Assembly (NCBI GenBank): GCA_040772485.1
Contig: JAXGYC010000008.1
Span: forward strand, 64,001 to 128,000
Reading direction: 5' to 3'
DNA length: 64,000 nucleotides
From: Sedimentisphaerales bacterium
Lineage (GTDB): Bacteria; Planctomycetota; Phycisphaerae; Sedimentisphaerales; Anaerobacaceae
Part shown: positions 38,626 through 48,368 of the stretch, one piece after another
Layout of the letters: every line of letters starts with the position of its first letter
Numbering within the stretch: the first letter of the stretch is position 1
Notes under the pieces: model-generated
What the model was told of the DNA's origin: nothing
The model's input: the letters and a program-made list of their open reading frames with translations, nothing else
The model's database searches: none
Translations under genes and position numbers: made by a program

Positions 38626-40235
38626 GGGAGGGCCGTATGGGCTCACACATCTCCGTGATCAGTCTGAGCGTGGTCTGCCTGTTGATGATCGCATCACCGG
38701 CGGCTCGCGCCGAGGATTGGCCAACGTATCAGCACGACAATCGGCGAAGCGGCGTCACGGGCGAGCAACTGCAAATGCCCCTACACAGAGCATGGGAGTA
38801 CATCCCATGCGATCATCCGAGGACCGCGTGGAGCGGCCCGGCCAAGTGGGATTCCTATGCCGGCCTGGTCAACCTCAAGTCCATGCGCGACTTCGATCCC
38901 GTGTTCTACGTGACGGTCGCCGAGACGAGCGTTTTCTTCGGCAGTTCCATTGACAACGCCGTTCACTGCCTCGACGCCTCCAGCGGCAAGGAGAAATGGG
39001 TGGCTTTCGCCAACGGCCCCGTCCGCCTGCCGCCGTCCTTGTACGGCGGCAAGCTCTATTTCGGCAGCGATGACGGGTGTGTGTACTGCGTCCGCTGCGA
39101 TTCAGGGGAGACCATCTGGCGCCATGAGGCAGCACCGGGCGGCGCGCAGATCCCCATCGACGGAAGACTTGCGTCGCTCTGGCCGTGTCGCACCGGCGCC
39201 CTGGTGCAGGACTCCAGGGTCTACTTCGCGGCGTCATTGTTGCCCTGGCAGAAGACCTACCTGTGCGCACTGGATGCACAGACCGGAGCGTCAGACGGCC
39301 CAGGGTTGTACAAGAGACAACTGGAGCAGATGACGACGCAGGGCCCGATGCTTGCCTCCGCCACCAGGCTCTACCTGTCGCAGGGACGCCAGGTGCCGCT
39401 GGTCTTCGAGCGCGCCACCGGCAGCATGGTGCAGAGCCTCGGCAGTTCCGGCTTCGGCGGCGTGTTCGGACTGCTGACCGAAGATTCGATATTCGTCCAC
39501 GGACACGGCCAGAACCACCGTGCCGACGGCGAGCTGCGATTCTTCGGCGGCAGTAAAAACGATCTGCTCGTGACGTTCCCCCGCGCCACCTCCCTCGTCA
39601 TTCACAATGGTGCCATCTACCTGTACGCGGATGGATGGCTCCAGGCGTTCGACCGCGACAGTTACGTCGAGCTCCAGTCCCGGATCGATCTGCTGCAAGC
39701 GAGTATACAGCAGTTGCAGGAACGCAAGAAGAAGCTCGCGCGCGACGCCAGTGATGTGCAACGCCGACAACTTGATGCAGAGATAGCTACAGCGCAGGCA
39801 GAAATCCCTACACTCCAGGCAGAGCTGTCCGCGTGCGTTCCGTGGCGTGTCGCGAGTGACTGCCCCCTGACCCTGATTCTGGCCGGTGACACGCTCTTCG
39901 CCGGGGGCGAAGGCAAGGTGGCCGCCTTCGAAACGGCGACCGGCGAGCAGATCTGGACCGCGCCGGTCGAAGGCAGAGCATACGGCCTGGCCGCCGCCGC
40001 AGGCTCGTTGTTCGTAAGCACCGATCTGGGGAGAATCGTCTGCTTCACTGCCCCGGAAATACGGGTCGGGACAACCCAAGGCCCCAGGCCCGCTCAGTGT
40101 GTTCTGCGTCGATGCAGCCAGCCGATGAGACCGGCCCAGACCATGCCGAGCACGATCGCACCGACGACGGGGACAACGGCCGACACCTCTGTGCTCTCCA
40201 ACGGATCGAACGCGAGTGACCCCGACTGCGGATGA
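38622..40235 (+). CDS. Exported PQQ-like beta-propeller protein
   Basis: ATGA coupling to the upstream gene (alternative start 38637); ARA|EDWPTYQHDNRRSG; FGSDDGCVYC; coiled-coil-like insert. The last ~60 aa look non-homologous. Confidence 0.8.
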   Translation: MREGRMGSHISVISLSVVCLLMIASPAARAEDWPTYQHDNRRSGVTGEQLQMPLHRAWEYIPCDHPRTAWSGPAKWDSYAGLVNLKSMRDFDPVFYVTVAETSVFFGSSIDNAVHCLDASSGKEKWVAFANGPVRLPPSLYGGKLYFGSDDGCVYCVRCDSGETIWRHEAAPGGAQIPIDGRLASLWPCRTGALVQDSRVYFAASLLPWQKTYLCALDAQTGASDGPGLYKRQLEQMTTQGPMLASATRLYLSQGRQVPLVFERATGSMVQSLGSSGFGGVFGLLTEDSIFVHGHGQNHRADGELRFFGGSKNDLLVTFPRATSLVIHNGAIYLYADGWLQAFDRDSYVELQSRIDLLQASIQQLQERKKKLARDASDVQRRQLDAEIATAQAEIPTLQAELSACVPWRVASDCPLTLILAGDTLFAGGEGKVAAFETATGEQIWTAPVEGRAYGLAAAAGSLFVSTDLGRIVCFTAPEIRVGTTQGPRPAQCVLRRCSQPMRPAQTMPSTIAPTTGTTADTSVLSNGSNASDPDCG

Positions 40236-40588
40236 GTCTCATCGCGACGGAGTCCCACAGGATTGCCCGCAGCCGAGGGGGAGAGAATCCTGTCCACGAC
40301 AAGGTGCTCGCCTGCCGGCGACTGGGTCCATGTCGTGGGATCGAGAGAGAACGCCTCCAGGACATACGATGGGTAGTCATGGTCTTGCGGGCGGACATTC
40401 GACCGGGCTTCGCCCGCCGCCGCCACGAAGGAATCCGATGTCACGCGTTCCGAGGCTGCCGGGAGGGCGCTGTTGCAGTCCCAACCCGAGGGCAAGACCG
40501 AGAGGTCCTGGGCTTGAACCGCCGCCGCGCCGCCAACGACGAGGGCATACCACAGAACGATTCCGGGACTGCCGCGCGCACCGCACAT
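40094..40588 (-). CDS. Small exported protein with PEP-CTERM-like (VP..GA-TM-RRR) sorting tail
   Basis: SD GAGGAG; signal peptide ending VQA|Q; C-terminus VVPVVGAIVLGMVWAGLIGWLHRRRTH. Confidence 0.65.
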   Translation of the reverse strand: MCGARGSPGIVLWYALVVGGAAAVQAQDLSVLPSGWDCNSALPAASERVTSDSFVAAAGEARSNVRPQDHDYPSYVLEAFSLDPTTWTQSPAGEHLVVDRILSPSAAGNPVGLRRDETHPQSGSLAFDPLESTEVSAVVPVVGAIVLGMVWAGLIGWLHRRRTH

Positions 40589-40995
40589 ATCCCACTCCTC
40601 CTGTTCAGACTTGCACCTCATTGCACCGGGCCAAGCCAACCGCGCTGCGGCGTTCTCCCCATGGCCGGGCGAACGCCCCCGATGCATCATCGCCAACTAC
40701 CCTCCATTTTACCCAGAAGCCACCCCATCACCAAGGGAATCTGGAGGACCGCCGACCTGAACCGCATGCAAACGGACATTGACACCCCGCTTTTCGGCAC
40801 AAGTACTTCGCCCAGCTATACTTAGATCGACTTCATGCCGTCACAAACGGGGTTTGGACTCCCACATGCCCACCGGCCGGGAAACCAAGCCATCGAGAAC
40901 CTGCCGGACCCGTCTTCAGGGAATCTCGGAAGCCGGCAAGCCAGCGCAACCGGCGCTTACGCCGTTCAGATGGGATGCCCTGGGAAGCATCCGGC

Positions 40996-42450
40996 TCACG
41001 GCAGTCGACGCGGTCGCCTGCCGGGATCGATCTGGACAACCGAAGCGTCTGTATCCCGCAGACGCAGGCGTTCCACCTGCCTCAGGATGATCGACGTCGC
41101 AGCCCCGTCGCAGGCAGGAAACTCGAAAGTGTCGAGAGTCAGGTCGTTGACATCCTCGCAGATCACCACGGGACGCTGGTCAGGCTGCCTGCAGGTCAGA
41201 CGCACGTCCTCCAGAGCGAGGTTCTGCACATTGCGGGCGTAGAGCCCCCAAGCCGGCAGAGGGCGGGCGTCCACGCCGGGGGTACGAACTTCGCCGGAAA
41301 CCTCATCGACCGTGCCGCCCCCCTCGAATTCAATGTCCACGTCGCGAAAGACCACACTCTCAAACGGCGTCTCGGCCCAACTCTCCACGGAGCAAGCCGC
41401 ACGGTACACGTTGGTGGCCGAGAGACGTGTCACCGTGACGCGGCCGGCGGTATTGCCTGCTTTCATCGTGAAATGGAGCGGTGTTGCGACGTTCCGCATC
41501 GTCACATCGGAGATCAGGACGTCGTCGAGGCGCCCCTTCGTCGCGTCCCACGCCCCTGGCTGGAGGTTGATGCCGGCCAGCATGTTGTGGCGGTCTGATG
41601 TGCGGTGGGGGTGCAGGCCCGGCCCATAGAGCAGGCAGTCGTGTATAATCAAGTTCTCGGCCGGACCGATCAAACGGATTCCGTTGCAGGACGAATTGAT
41701 GATGCAGCCGGAGATCACCGTGTTCTCCCAGTAACGACCCGCGATCGAATCATCCCCGGTGTAGAACCGACAGTCCGTGATGTCCACGTGCCGACAAGCA
41801 TGCCCGGGCGCCCCGCGGAAGTGCACGCCGTCCCATCCGCCGGTGAATGTGACGTTGTGAATGTCCACGTTGCTGCTGAGCATGAAGAAGATCGCGTAGT
41901 TGGCGGAATCCACGAAGAAGACATCGCGCACGGTCACGTCGCAGCAATCGACGAACACAAACGTGTGCGGTCCACGCATACGCTCTTCCCCCGTCGGATC
42001 GAAGACCTTGTTGCCGTCGATCACGCCCCCGCCGCAGATGGCAATATCCTCCTGCCCCTCCGCCAGAATGAGGGCGCGGTGCCATTTGCCCCACCGCGCC
42101 TCCGGCATGAAGTCCGGCGGTTTCGGGGCTTCGTACAGGTTCGGGTCTCGCGCCCCAACCAGCTTGGCCCCGGGCTCCAACAGCAGCGTGACATGGCTCT
42201 GGAGATGGATGGTTGCCGAGAGGTACCGCCCCGGCGCAAAGCGGATCTGCCCCCCGCCGGCAGTTGCACAGGCCTCCACGGCTCTGTTGATGGCCGCTGT
42301 ATCGAGCGCTACGCCGTCGCCAACGGCCCCGTAATTGCGCACATCGAATACAGACGCCTGGCCGGCGAACGCCACATGAGACCACGCCAGCAGCCACAGA
42401 ACCCAAAACGCCATTCGATATCGATCACAGCATTCCTTCCGAGCCCGCAT
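40996..42450 (-). CDS. GH28-like / pectin lyase-fold beta-helix protein
   Basis: Signal peptide; FDVRNYGAVGDGVALDTAAINRA, IHLQSHVTL, GVIDG, DGVH, TGDDSI. SD GGAG. Confidence 0.85.
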   Translation of the reverse strand: MRARKECCDRYRMAFWVLWLLAWSHVAFAGQASVFDVRNYGAVGDGVALDTAAINRAVEACATAGGGQIRFAPGRYLSATIHLQSHVTLLLEPGAKLVGARDPNLYEAPKPPDFMPEARWGKWHRALILAEGQEDIAICGGGVIDGNKVFDPTGEERMRGPHTFVFVDCCDVTVRDVFFVDSANYAIFFMLSSNVDIHNVTFTGGWDGVHFRGAPGHACRHVDITDCRFYTGDDSIAGRYWENTVISGCIINSSCNGIRLIGPAENLIIHDCLLYGPGLHPHRTSDRHNMLAGINLQPGAWDATKGRLDDVLISDVTMRNVATPLHFTMKAGNTAGRVTVTRLSATNVYRAACSVESWAETPFESVVFRDVDIEFEGGGTVDEVSGEVRTPGVDARPLPAWGLYARNVQNLALEDVRLTCRQPDQRPVVICEDVNDLTLDTFEFPACDGAATSIILRQVERLRLRDTDASVVQIDPGRRPRRLP

Positions 42451-42478
42451 GAGATTGTCTCCATTGGCATACTGACTG

Positions 42479-45163
42479 TTACTTGTCAACACTCTCGATC
42501 ACGGTTTTGATCGCGGCTTTGTTGGGCCAGATGTCGCTACCACCGTCGCGACGGTCGATCAGCCGGCCGTAGATCGCGGCCACGCCGCGCGTCGCCCAGC
42601 GCGGGATTTCCTTCAGGATGTCGTCGTCGGCGTGCATGTCCTTTTGTCGCCAGGCATTGTCGCGTCGCCGGAAACGGTCTTCGCTCATCATGGGCCTGTC
42701 CGGAATCGCCGCCAGGCCGGCCGCGATCGCGCCGTCGCTGGTCGTGGTGGACCAGTGTTCCCAGCCGGCATACTGCTCATCACGGGCTCGAAGTGTGTTC
42801 CAGGCGATGCCACGGGCGAGATACTCGCCCTTGTTGGCAGGTTCCGGGTCGTGCCCCTGCCCGATATCGCTGTCGGAATAGCGCAGTCCGATCCAGTGGT
42901 GCCAGCCGCCAAGCTGCGGGATCAGATCATCCAGCCACCACTGGAGTTTCGCACGGTCGGCCCAGAACTCGACATCCCAGCCGATGCCCATGGACCAGCC
43001 GGGCACCGGGCCCAGGCGGGCCGCAACGTAACGGTTGATCCGGCGGCTCTGCAGCCCGCTGTATCCGCCCGGCAGATTGGCGAAGTCTCCGCTGTCCCCT
43101 TTGCCCCACATCCACAGATGCAGCCAGCCCCCGCGTTCGGACCACTCGGAAGCAGCCGCCTCCAGCGCGGCAAAGGTCCGCACGTCGGGCGCCGCGGGCG
43201 CCGTGCGGAGACCGTCGACCGCGTCAGCATTGAACCAGCTCCGGCCAATCGTGGAGATGTGACCCCCGTTAAAGCCGTGATTATCGCTGAACTCGGCCAC
43301 GAACGCCCGCATGCTCGCCGGGTCGTCATGCCAACGGTGTACATCCGGCATCATGATCAGAACAGGCGTGCGCTTGACGAGTCCTCCCTCGGGTCCCTTC
43401 TGATGCGCCCAGGCGGTCGGTTCGTCCCGTCGCCGGCCGCTCCAGCCAACCCGCTTGGGGTTGCTGGACGGCGTCACCTCGACCATCAGTTGCAGGCCGT
43501 CGAGAGCCGCCGTCGGTGAGCTGGTCACACCGGTCCAGCGGCCCTGCAGCGACCCACCAAAACGATAGACATACGTGTCATCCGAACCGGAGTACCACAG
43601 CAGACTCGTGCGGTGGGCGCCGCTGTCCGCATGCGTCCAGACGCACGAACCTTCGACGTCCCACTTCGCGACGCCCACAGCAGCCCCCGGAGCCTCCACA
43701 GGGAAATCGACCCAGTGATACAACTCCACTTGCCTGGACAATGCCGGGGCTTTCTTGAGATGAAGCACGGCCTCGCTCGCAGAGGGCGCCTTGAACTGAC
43801 GCGTCCCGCCGGAGACTTCGACCCGCTCACTTTCCGTAGTCGTGCCTTTGGCCGGATCGAACCATTCGAGCAGGTAGACGCCCGGTTCCAGTTCTACGGA
43901 GAAGGCTTCGTTCTTGCCCGGCTGATAGACGAGATACTCGTGTCCCGGATGGGCGAGACAGTAGCCGGTCGACGCCAGATCATTGCGCGGAGTCATTGCC
44001 GCCAGGTTCATTCGCTCGGTCATACGCCGCGTGTGGCCCAAAGCCGCCCGGAGCGGCTCCCAACCACGATCCTGCCCCAGGACCGAGCCATCGTAGGGGT
44101 CCATGAAGAGGGGATTGTGTCCGCGCAGGAAACTCTTCCAGACCCAGGCCACATTGCCGCCCACGCCCCAGATGTGGTCCGTGTCGAGCAGGCTTACCTT
44201 CTGTTCGTTCCAGGCCGGCGGGTCCTCGGCGAAGCCGTCCGCCCGGCCCGGGGAAACCCAGTCGGCCGGACTGGCCAGCATGGTGGCGATTCGCTCGGCG
44301 CCGTGACCGGTATTGCCAATCGGATGCTGCTTCGGCTTGGTCCGTTGGTACTCCTGGACGGTCCGGATCACCCACCAGTTCCACTCCTGCTCGCCGCCCT
44401 CGTTGATAACCTCGTAAAGGACGTTGTCCAGAGCGTTCACCGTGTCCACCACCTTACGGAGATAAGCCGCCTGGAGCTGGTTCGCCTCCGGATTCCGCAG
44501 GGTATGGACCCGCCCACTGAAGGCGTCCGATCCTTCGATGGCGAGATTGTTGACGTTGTTCGCAGGGTTGAACGGATGCGACCGCCAGGCCCAGCCGTCT
44601 TCCGTGTTCTGGCGGCGGTTGCCATGCATCAGGCCCCAGCCCTCGAAGAGCATCACGCTTACGTAGATCCCGCGCTGACCCGCTGCCGCCACCCGCGACC
44701 GCAGCCGCTCGAAATACTCCGGGTCGAATTTCGTCAGGTCGAATCTGGGCTTGCCATCGAGGGCATTGCCGGGGCCGGTTCGTGTCCAGGGCAGCGGCGC
44801 CGCGTTGTGGATGAAGTCCTTGCCCAGCGCGCCGTTGGCCCGCGTGTCCCACGCGGTCGAATCCCATGCCCACAAGCGAATGAAATTGTGGTGATGACGC
44901 TCGAGGAAATCCAGGTAGGCAGAGAAATCGAACGGCTCAGGCGGATCGCTTCGCCCCATATCCACAAGGTTGTTCCACGTATGCACGCCGGTCAGGTAGA
45001 CCGCTCGCAACGAGCCGTCCGGGCCTCTCGCACCATCGGTGAAGTAGCGCCGGTTCGCAGGATGGATGCGAAGCGGACCTCTTGCAGGGTCCGCGTGCGC
45101 TGTGCCGGCAAGTCCAATCAGCACTGCCAGGCAGATGCAAGCCGTTGTTCTCGTTACGCGCAT
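42479..45163 (-). CDS. Secreted two-module putative glycoside hydrolase (DUF4038/DUF6298-like barrel, collagen-binding-like domain, second barrel)
   Basis: SD GGAGG and signal peptide; GPLRIHPANRRYF, NFIRLW, NVLYEVINE, DTDH, EWFDP; second module with MMSEDRFR. Confidence 0.65.
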   Translation of the reverse strand: MRVTRTTACICLAVLIGLAGTAHADPARGPLRIHPANRRYFTDGARGPDGSLRAVYLTGVHTWNNLVDMGRSDPPEPFDFSAYLDFLERHHHNFIRLWAWDSTAWDTRANGALGKDFIHNAAPLPWTRTGPGNALDGKPRFDLTKFDPEYFERLRSRVAAAGQRGIYVSVMLFEGWGLMHGNRRQNTEDGWAWRSHPFNPANNVNNLAIEGSDAFSGRVHTLRNPEANQLQAAYLRKVVDTVNALDNVLYEVINEGGEQEWNWWVIRTVQEYQRTKPKQHPIGNTGHGAERIATMLASPADWVSPGRADGFAEDPPAWNEQKVSLLDTDHIWGVGGNVAWVWKSFLRGHNPLFMDPYDGSVLGQDRGWEPLRAALGHTRRMTERMNLAAMTPRNDLASTGYCLAHPGHEYLVYQPGKNEAFSVELEPGVYLLEWFDPAKGTTTESERVEVSGGTRQFKAPSASEAVLHLKKAPALSRQVELYHWVDFPVEAPGAAVGVAKWDVEGSCVWTHADSGAHRTSLLWYSGSDDTYVYRFGGSLQGRWTGVTSSPTAALDGLQLMVEVTPSSNPKRVGWSGRRRDEPTAWAHQKGPEGGLVKRTPVLIMMPDVHRWHDDPASMRAFVAEFSDNHGFNGGHISTIGRSWFNADAVDGLRTAPAAPDVRTFAALEAAASEWSERGGWLHLWMWGKGDSGDFANLPGGYSGLQSRRINRYVAARLGPVPGWSMGIGWDVEFWADRAKLQWWLDDLIPQLGGWHHWIGLRYSDSDIGQGHDPEPANKGEYLARGIAWNTLRARDEQYAGWEHWSTTTSDGAIAAGLAAIPDRPMMSEDRFRRRDNAWRQKDMHADDDILKEIPRWATRGVAAIYGRLIDRRDGGSDIWPNKAAIKTVIESVDK

Positions 45164-45198
45164 GACGGTTTCCTCCAAGAGTTTCTCTTGCTGTGATT

Positions 45199-48100
45199 TC
45201 ATTCCACTCGAACGCGCAGGGCGATATCCTCGGCGAAATCAGGCGACGGGAGCCGCTTCAGACCACCATCGTGCGTGAAGGACTCCTCCCTTTCCAGCAA
45301 CCCGCTGAGCGTGTTGATCCATTCGGCCCGAAAGACGCCGGCCGGCAACTCGAGCGTCAGTTCAACCGGACCGCGCCCCACCAAGTAGATCGCGTAGGTC
45401 CGTCCTGGCTCAACCAGCGCCCACGCCCGGCCCTGTTCGGGCACGCCGCTTTTGATCACGGAGTTGTCCGGCTTCATCCGCACGAATTCGATGCTGTGGA
45501 TGAACTCCTTCAGAACCTGCAATTGCCGGCGCAAGGCGGGGCTGCCACCTCCCGGCCCGCGATGGTCAAGCAACGTGCCACGAGGATGCGTGGCAGCGAA
45601 GGAGAAATCGAGATGACTGAACAACGCTCCGCCGGCGAGAAGGAACTCCCAGCCCTGGATGCGATAGGTCGCGGCGTCGCGGCGCGAGCCGCCGGTTTCG
45701 TTGTGGCCGATGGCTCTTCCAAGGCCGTAGTTCAATGTGACGGCTTCAGGCTCTGCCGCGTGGAAATTGTAGAGCAATACTTCCGGGTGCGTCTTGGCGA
45801 TCTTGGCCGAGCCGTGGGCGAAGTTCAGGGAGATGAGATGCTGATTCGGCAGAGCCGTCTCCACCTCGCGGACCGCCGAAATCACTCGACCCTGCCAGTC
45901 CGGATGCATTCCGCCGCGTTCATACGGCTCGTTGCATATCTCGTAATAGACGTTGTCGAAAGGATTTAGTTCGCGGACGATCTTCTGCGCGACGGCGACC
46001 TGCACATCCGTGAGCGCCTCTTCCTTCAGCCCGTAGACTTCATACCGTCCGACGTTGCCGACGCCGTTGACGTTATTGGCAGCGTGCATGGGCGAAGCCT
46101 TCCACAACTCCTCGCCGTACATCGTACAGAAGAGGGTGATCTCAACGACGATGCCGCGCTGCCCGGCGGACGCCACGAAATCCTTCAGTCGCGCAAAATA
46201 AGCCTCGTTCCAGCGGGTCAAATCGAATTTGCTGCCGCCATCGAAACAGCCCGGCGTGTCACTTCGAGCCCAGGGCGCCGCGTAGCGCCCCGGCGCCGGG
46301 GCCAGCGTGTTGCCCTGAATGCCAAAGGAGCCAGGAATCTCTCGATAGGTCCCGCTGAAGAGCCGAGTATGATTGAAACCATGGCGAGCGAGTTCGTCCA
46401 GGTAGGCTCCGAAGTCGAAATCGAGGTTGATGACCGCACCGTAATGCTCGCCCGAGGTGACCAGCACGGTCGGTTCCCCGCGAAACTGGAAGTAGTGCGG
46501 GTTCTCGGGATGGAGACGCAGCAGATCATTCGGAGAATCCACGCGGGCCGCAGACGCGTCGGGACGAACGTCGGCCGTCGCCTCGATCAGGTCTGCCAGT
46601 TCGGCTCTGGCCTTCTCGTAAGCCGCCGGGTCTTTGTCCCACTGGAACCATGAGTCGGTCAGGCGGCGCACAATGCCCGCCGCTTCGTTCGATTTGCCGC
46701 GGCGACGGAGTATGGCCAGGTATTCGTAGTCCTCGATCCCGTCTCGCAAAGCCTTCAGACGCACGGTCGGCACGATGCCGTCATAACCTGCGGCCCGCGC
46801 GGGATAGACCAGCGATCCTTCCCCGTTGAAGAGAATGCCCTTCCTGCCCTGTTGCAGGGCGCCGCTGCCGATATAGATCGGCGCCTGCGTCCAGGGATCA
46901 TCCGTCTGCCTCCAGTGGGACATGCCGCCCCAATAAAGCAGACCTTTCATGCCGTCTCGCCAAGCCATCCAGGCGGGCACGCGATAATTGAGCAACGGAT
47001 AGTCGATGTGCCACCACGGCGTGGGCGCGCCCTGGCACAGGGCCGTGTAGGTCCAGATCGTCTCGCCCAACGCCCTCCGTTTGGCGGCGCTTTGCGGCCG
47101 ATGCAGCGAAAACAGTGGACACCAGATATCGACTGACCCGTACAGATCACCCCAGGCGCTGTTGGCGCCGCCCTGGCCTGGCTCCGTCCACGTCTGCTCG
47201 ACAACCATAACCTGGACGATGGATTCGGCCTCACGAATCGCCCGGCCCCATTTCTGTACGTAGCGATAGTCCTCCTCTGTATTTGGCTCATCCTTGAGAT
47301 AAACGAAGAACACGACACCGGGCCGGTCGAGTTCGTGCGCCGCCCGGTCGAACGCCGCCAGCCACGCCCGCAGCTTGTCGCGTTCCGTTTCCGGATCTTT
47401 GACAACGCCGGAGGGATGGGGCACCTGGATGGCGTTGACATGGTAACGATCCACGAACTCACGCAGTGCCTGCACCTGTCGGGAAGGGATTCGGAACGAA
47501 CCATCATCCTGCGCGACCGGGCGGAGCAGCTCACTCGGAGGCGTTGCATTGATGCGGTGCTCGCTCAGCAACTGCGCGCACTGAGTCTCCACCGCCGGCC
47601 AATCCGCAGGCTGCCGCTCTCCGGCCTTGTCGCGATAGTAGCCCCGCATGCGCTGCGCAGGCGAACCGAAAGCGGTGACCAGCGTCGGAGTCGATGGCAG
47701 CGCGAAGTCCCAGACCGTCAATGTCACGGGAATCTCTACTGGACTGCGATCGTCCGAGACCAGACAATAGACGCCTCGATAGGCTCCCGGCGACGCTGCG
47801 GTGGGGACGTAAAGGTCCACCCAGAAGCCGTGCGTCTCATCGGGCGGCAGATCGAAGGGCACAGCGGCAAAGCGGGCCTCCTCCAGCGGCTCGCCCGTAA
47901 CCGGATGCGCGAAGGGGATCAGGGGGTCCGGATACCAGTCCGGCTCAAAAACGCTGTTCCGATAGGTCCCGGTCTCCAGATGCAGTTGATGCTGGCGATA
48001 GCACCGGCATTGCGCCAGCTCGAGAAGCGTTCCTTCTGGCCCGCGCAGTTCACCCGCCTCCAGGCGCACCGCCCGGACCGGTTCATCGCAGCGCAGCAGG

Positions 48101-48279
48101 ACCTGAAAACTCACCCATTCGTTGCGGGCCGCACGGACCTCGACCGTCCGATCGCTGCCTGGCAGATCGCTCCGCAGCACATGCCGGGTCTCGGTCACGG
48201 TCCACACGTGCCACTCCGCATGGGCATTCATCGCAAGCGACAGCAGAAGCACAAACGCACAAGGGGACTTGCTCTTCAT
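45199..48279 (-). CDS. Secreted fusion of a DUF4091 (GH123-like) module and a GH5-like/DUF6298-like barrel
   Basis: AARNEW, KDEP, GLLYW, RLKALRDGIEDYEYL; then LHPENPHYF, NVYYEICNEP, HNETG, AEWIN. Confidence 0.75.
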   Translation of the reverse strand: MKSKSPCAFVLLLSLAMNAHAEWHVWTVTETRHVLRSDLPGSDRTVEVRAARNEWVSFQVLLRCDEPVRAVRLEAGELRGPEGTLLELAQCRCYRQHQLHLETGTYRNSVFEPDWYPDPLIPFAHPVTGEPLEEARFAAVPFDLPPDETHGFWVDLYVPTAASPGAYRGVYCLVSDDRSPVEIPVTLTVWDFALPSTPTLVTAFGSPAQRMRGYYRDKAGERQPADWPAVETQCAQLLSEHRINATPPSELLRPVAQDDGSFRIPSRQVQALREFVDRYHVNAIQVPHPSGVVKDPETERDKLRAWLAAFDRAAHELDRPGVVFFVYLKDEPNTEEDYRYVQKWGRAIREAESIVQVMVVEQTWTEPGQGGANSAWGDLYGSVDIWCPLFSLHRPQSAAKRRALGETIWTYTALCQGAPTPWWHIDYPLLNYRVPAWMAWRDGMKGLLYWGGMSHWRQTDDPWTQAPIYIGSGALQQGRKGILFNGEGSLVYPARAAGYDGIVPTVRLKALRDGIEDYEYLAILRRRGKSNEAAGIVRRLTDSWFQWDKDPAAYEKARAELADLIEATADVRPDASAARVDSPNDLLRLHPENPHYFQFRGEPTVLVTSGEHYGAVINLDFDFGAYLDELARHGFNHTRLFSGTYREIPGSFGIQGNTLAPAPGRYAAPWARSDTPGCFDGGSKFDLTRWNEAYFARLKDFVASAGQRGIVVEITLFCTMYGEELWKASPMHAANNVNGVGNVGRYEVYGLKEEALTDVQVAVAQKIVRELNPFDNVYYEICNEPYERGGMHPDWQGRVISAVREVETALPNQHLISLNFAHGSAKIAKTHPEVLLYNFHAAEPEAVTLNYGLGRAIGHNETGGSRRDAATYRIQGWEFLLAGGALFSHLDFSFAATHPRGTLLDHRGPGGGSPALRRQLQVLKEFIHSIEFVRMKPDNSVIKSGVPEQGRAWALVEPGRTYAIYLVGRGPVELTLELPAGVFRAEWINTLSGLLEREESFTHDGGLKRLPSPDFAEDIALRVRVE

Positions 48280-48368
48280 TCCCTGTCCCTTCGATTGAAT
48301 CGAACAACAAGGAGGCCACACACAATGATCCGGTGTTCGCACGGACGATGCTTCTTCGGCAACGCCCG

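Noticed and set aside
40065..40092. GTCGGGACAACCC, a possible decayed REP
   Set aside because: No matching second arm; too degenerate to call.
22981..40235. Calling the propellers BamB or PQQ dehydrogenases
   Set aside because: Size, extra domains and copy number do not fit BamB; no pqq genes or quinoprotein catalytic motifs were recognised.
40779..40810. Perfect TTGACA -35 box on the plus strand
   Set aside because: No good -10 at 16-18 bp and no plus-strand gene downstream.
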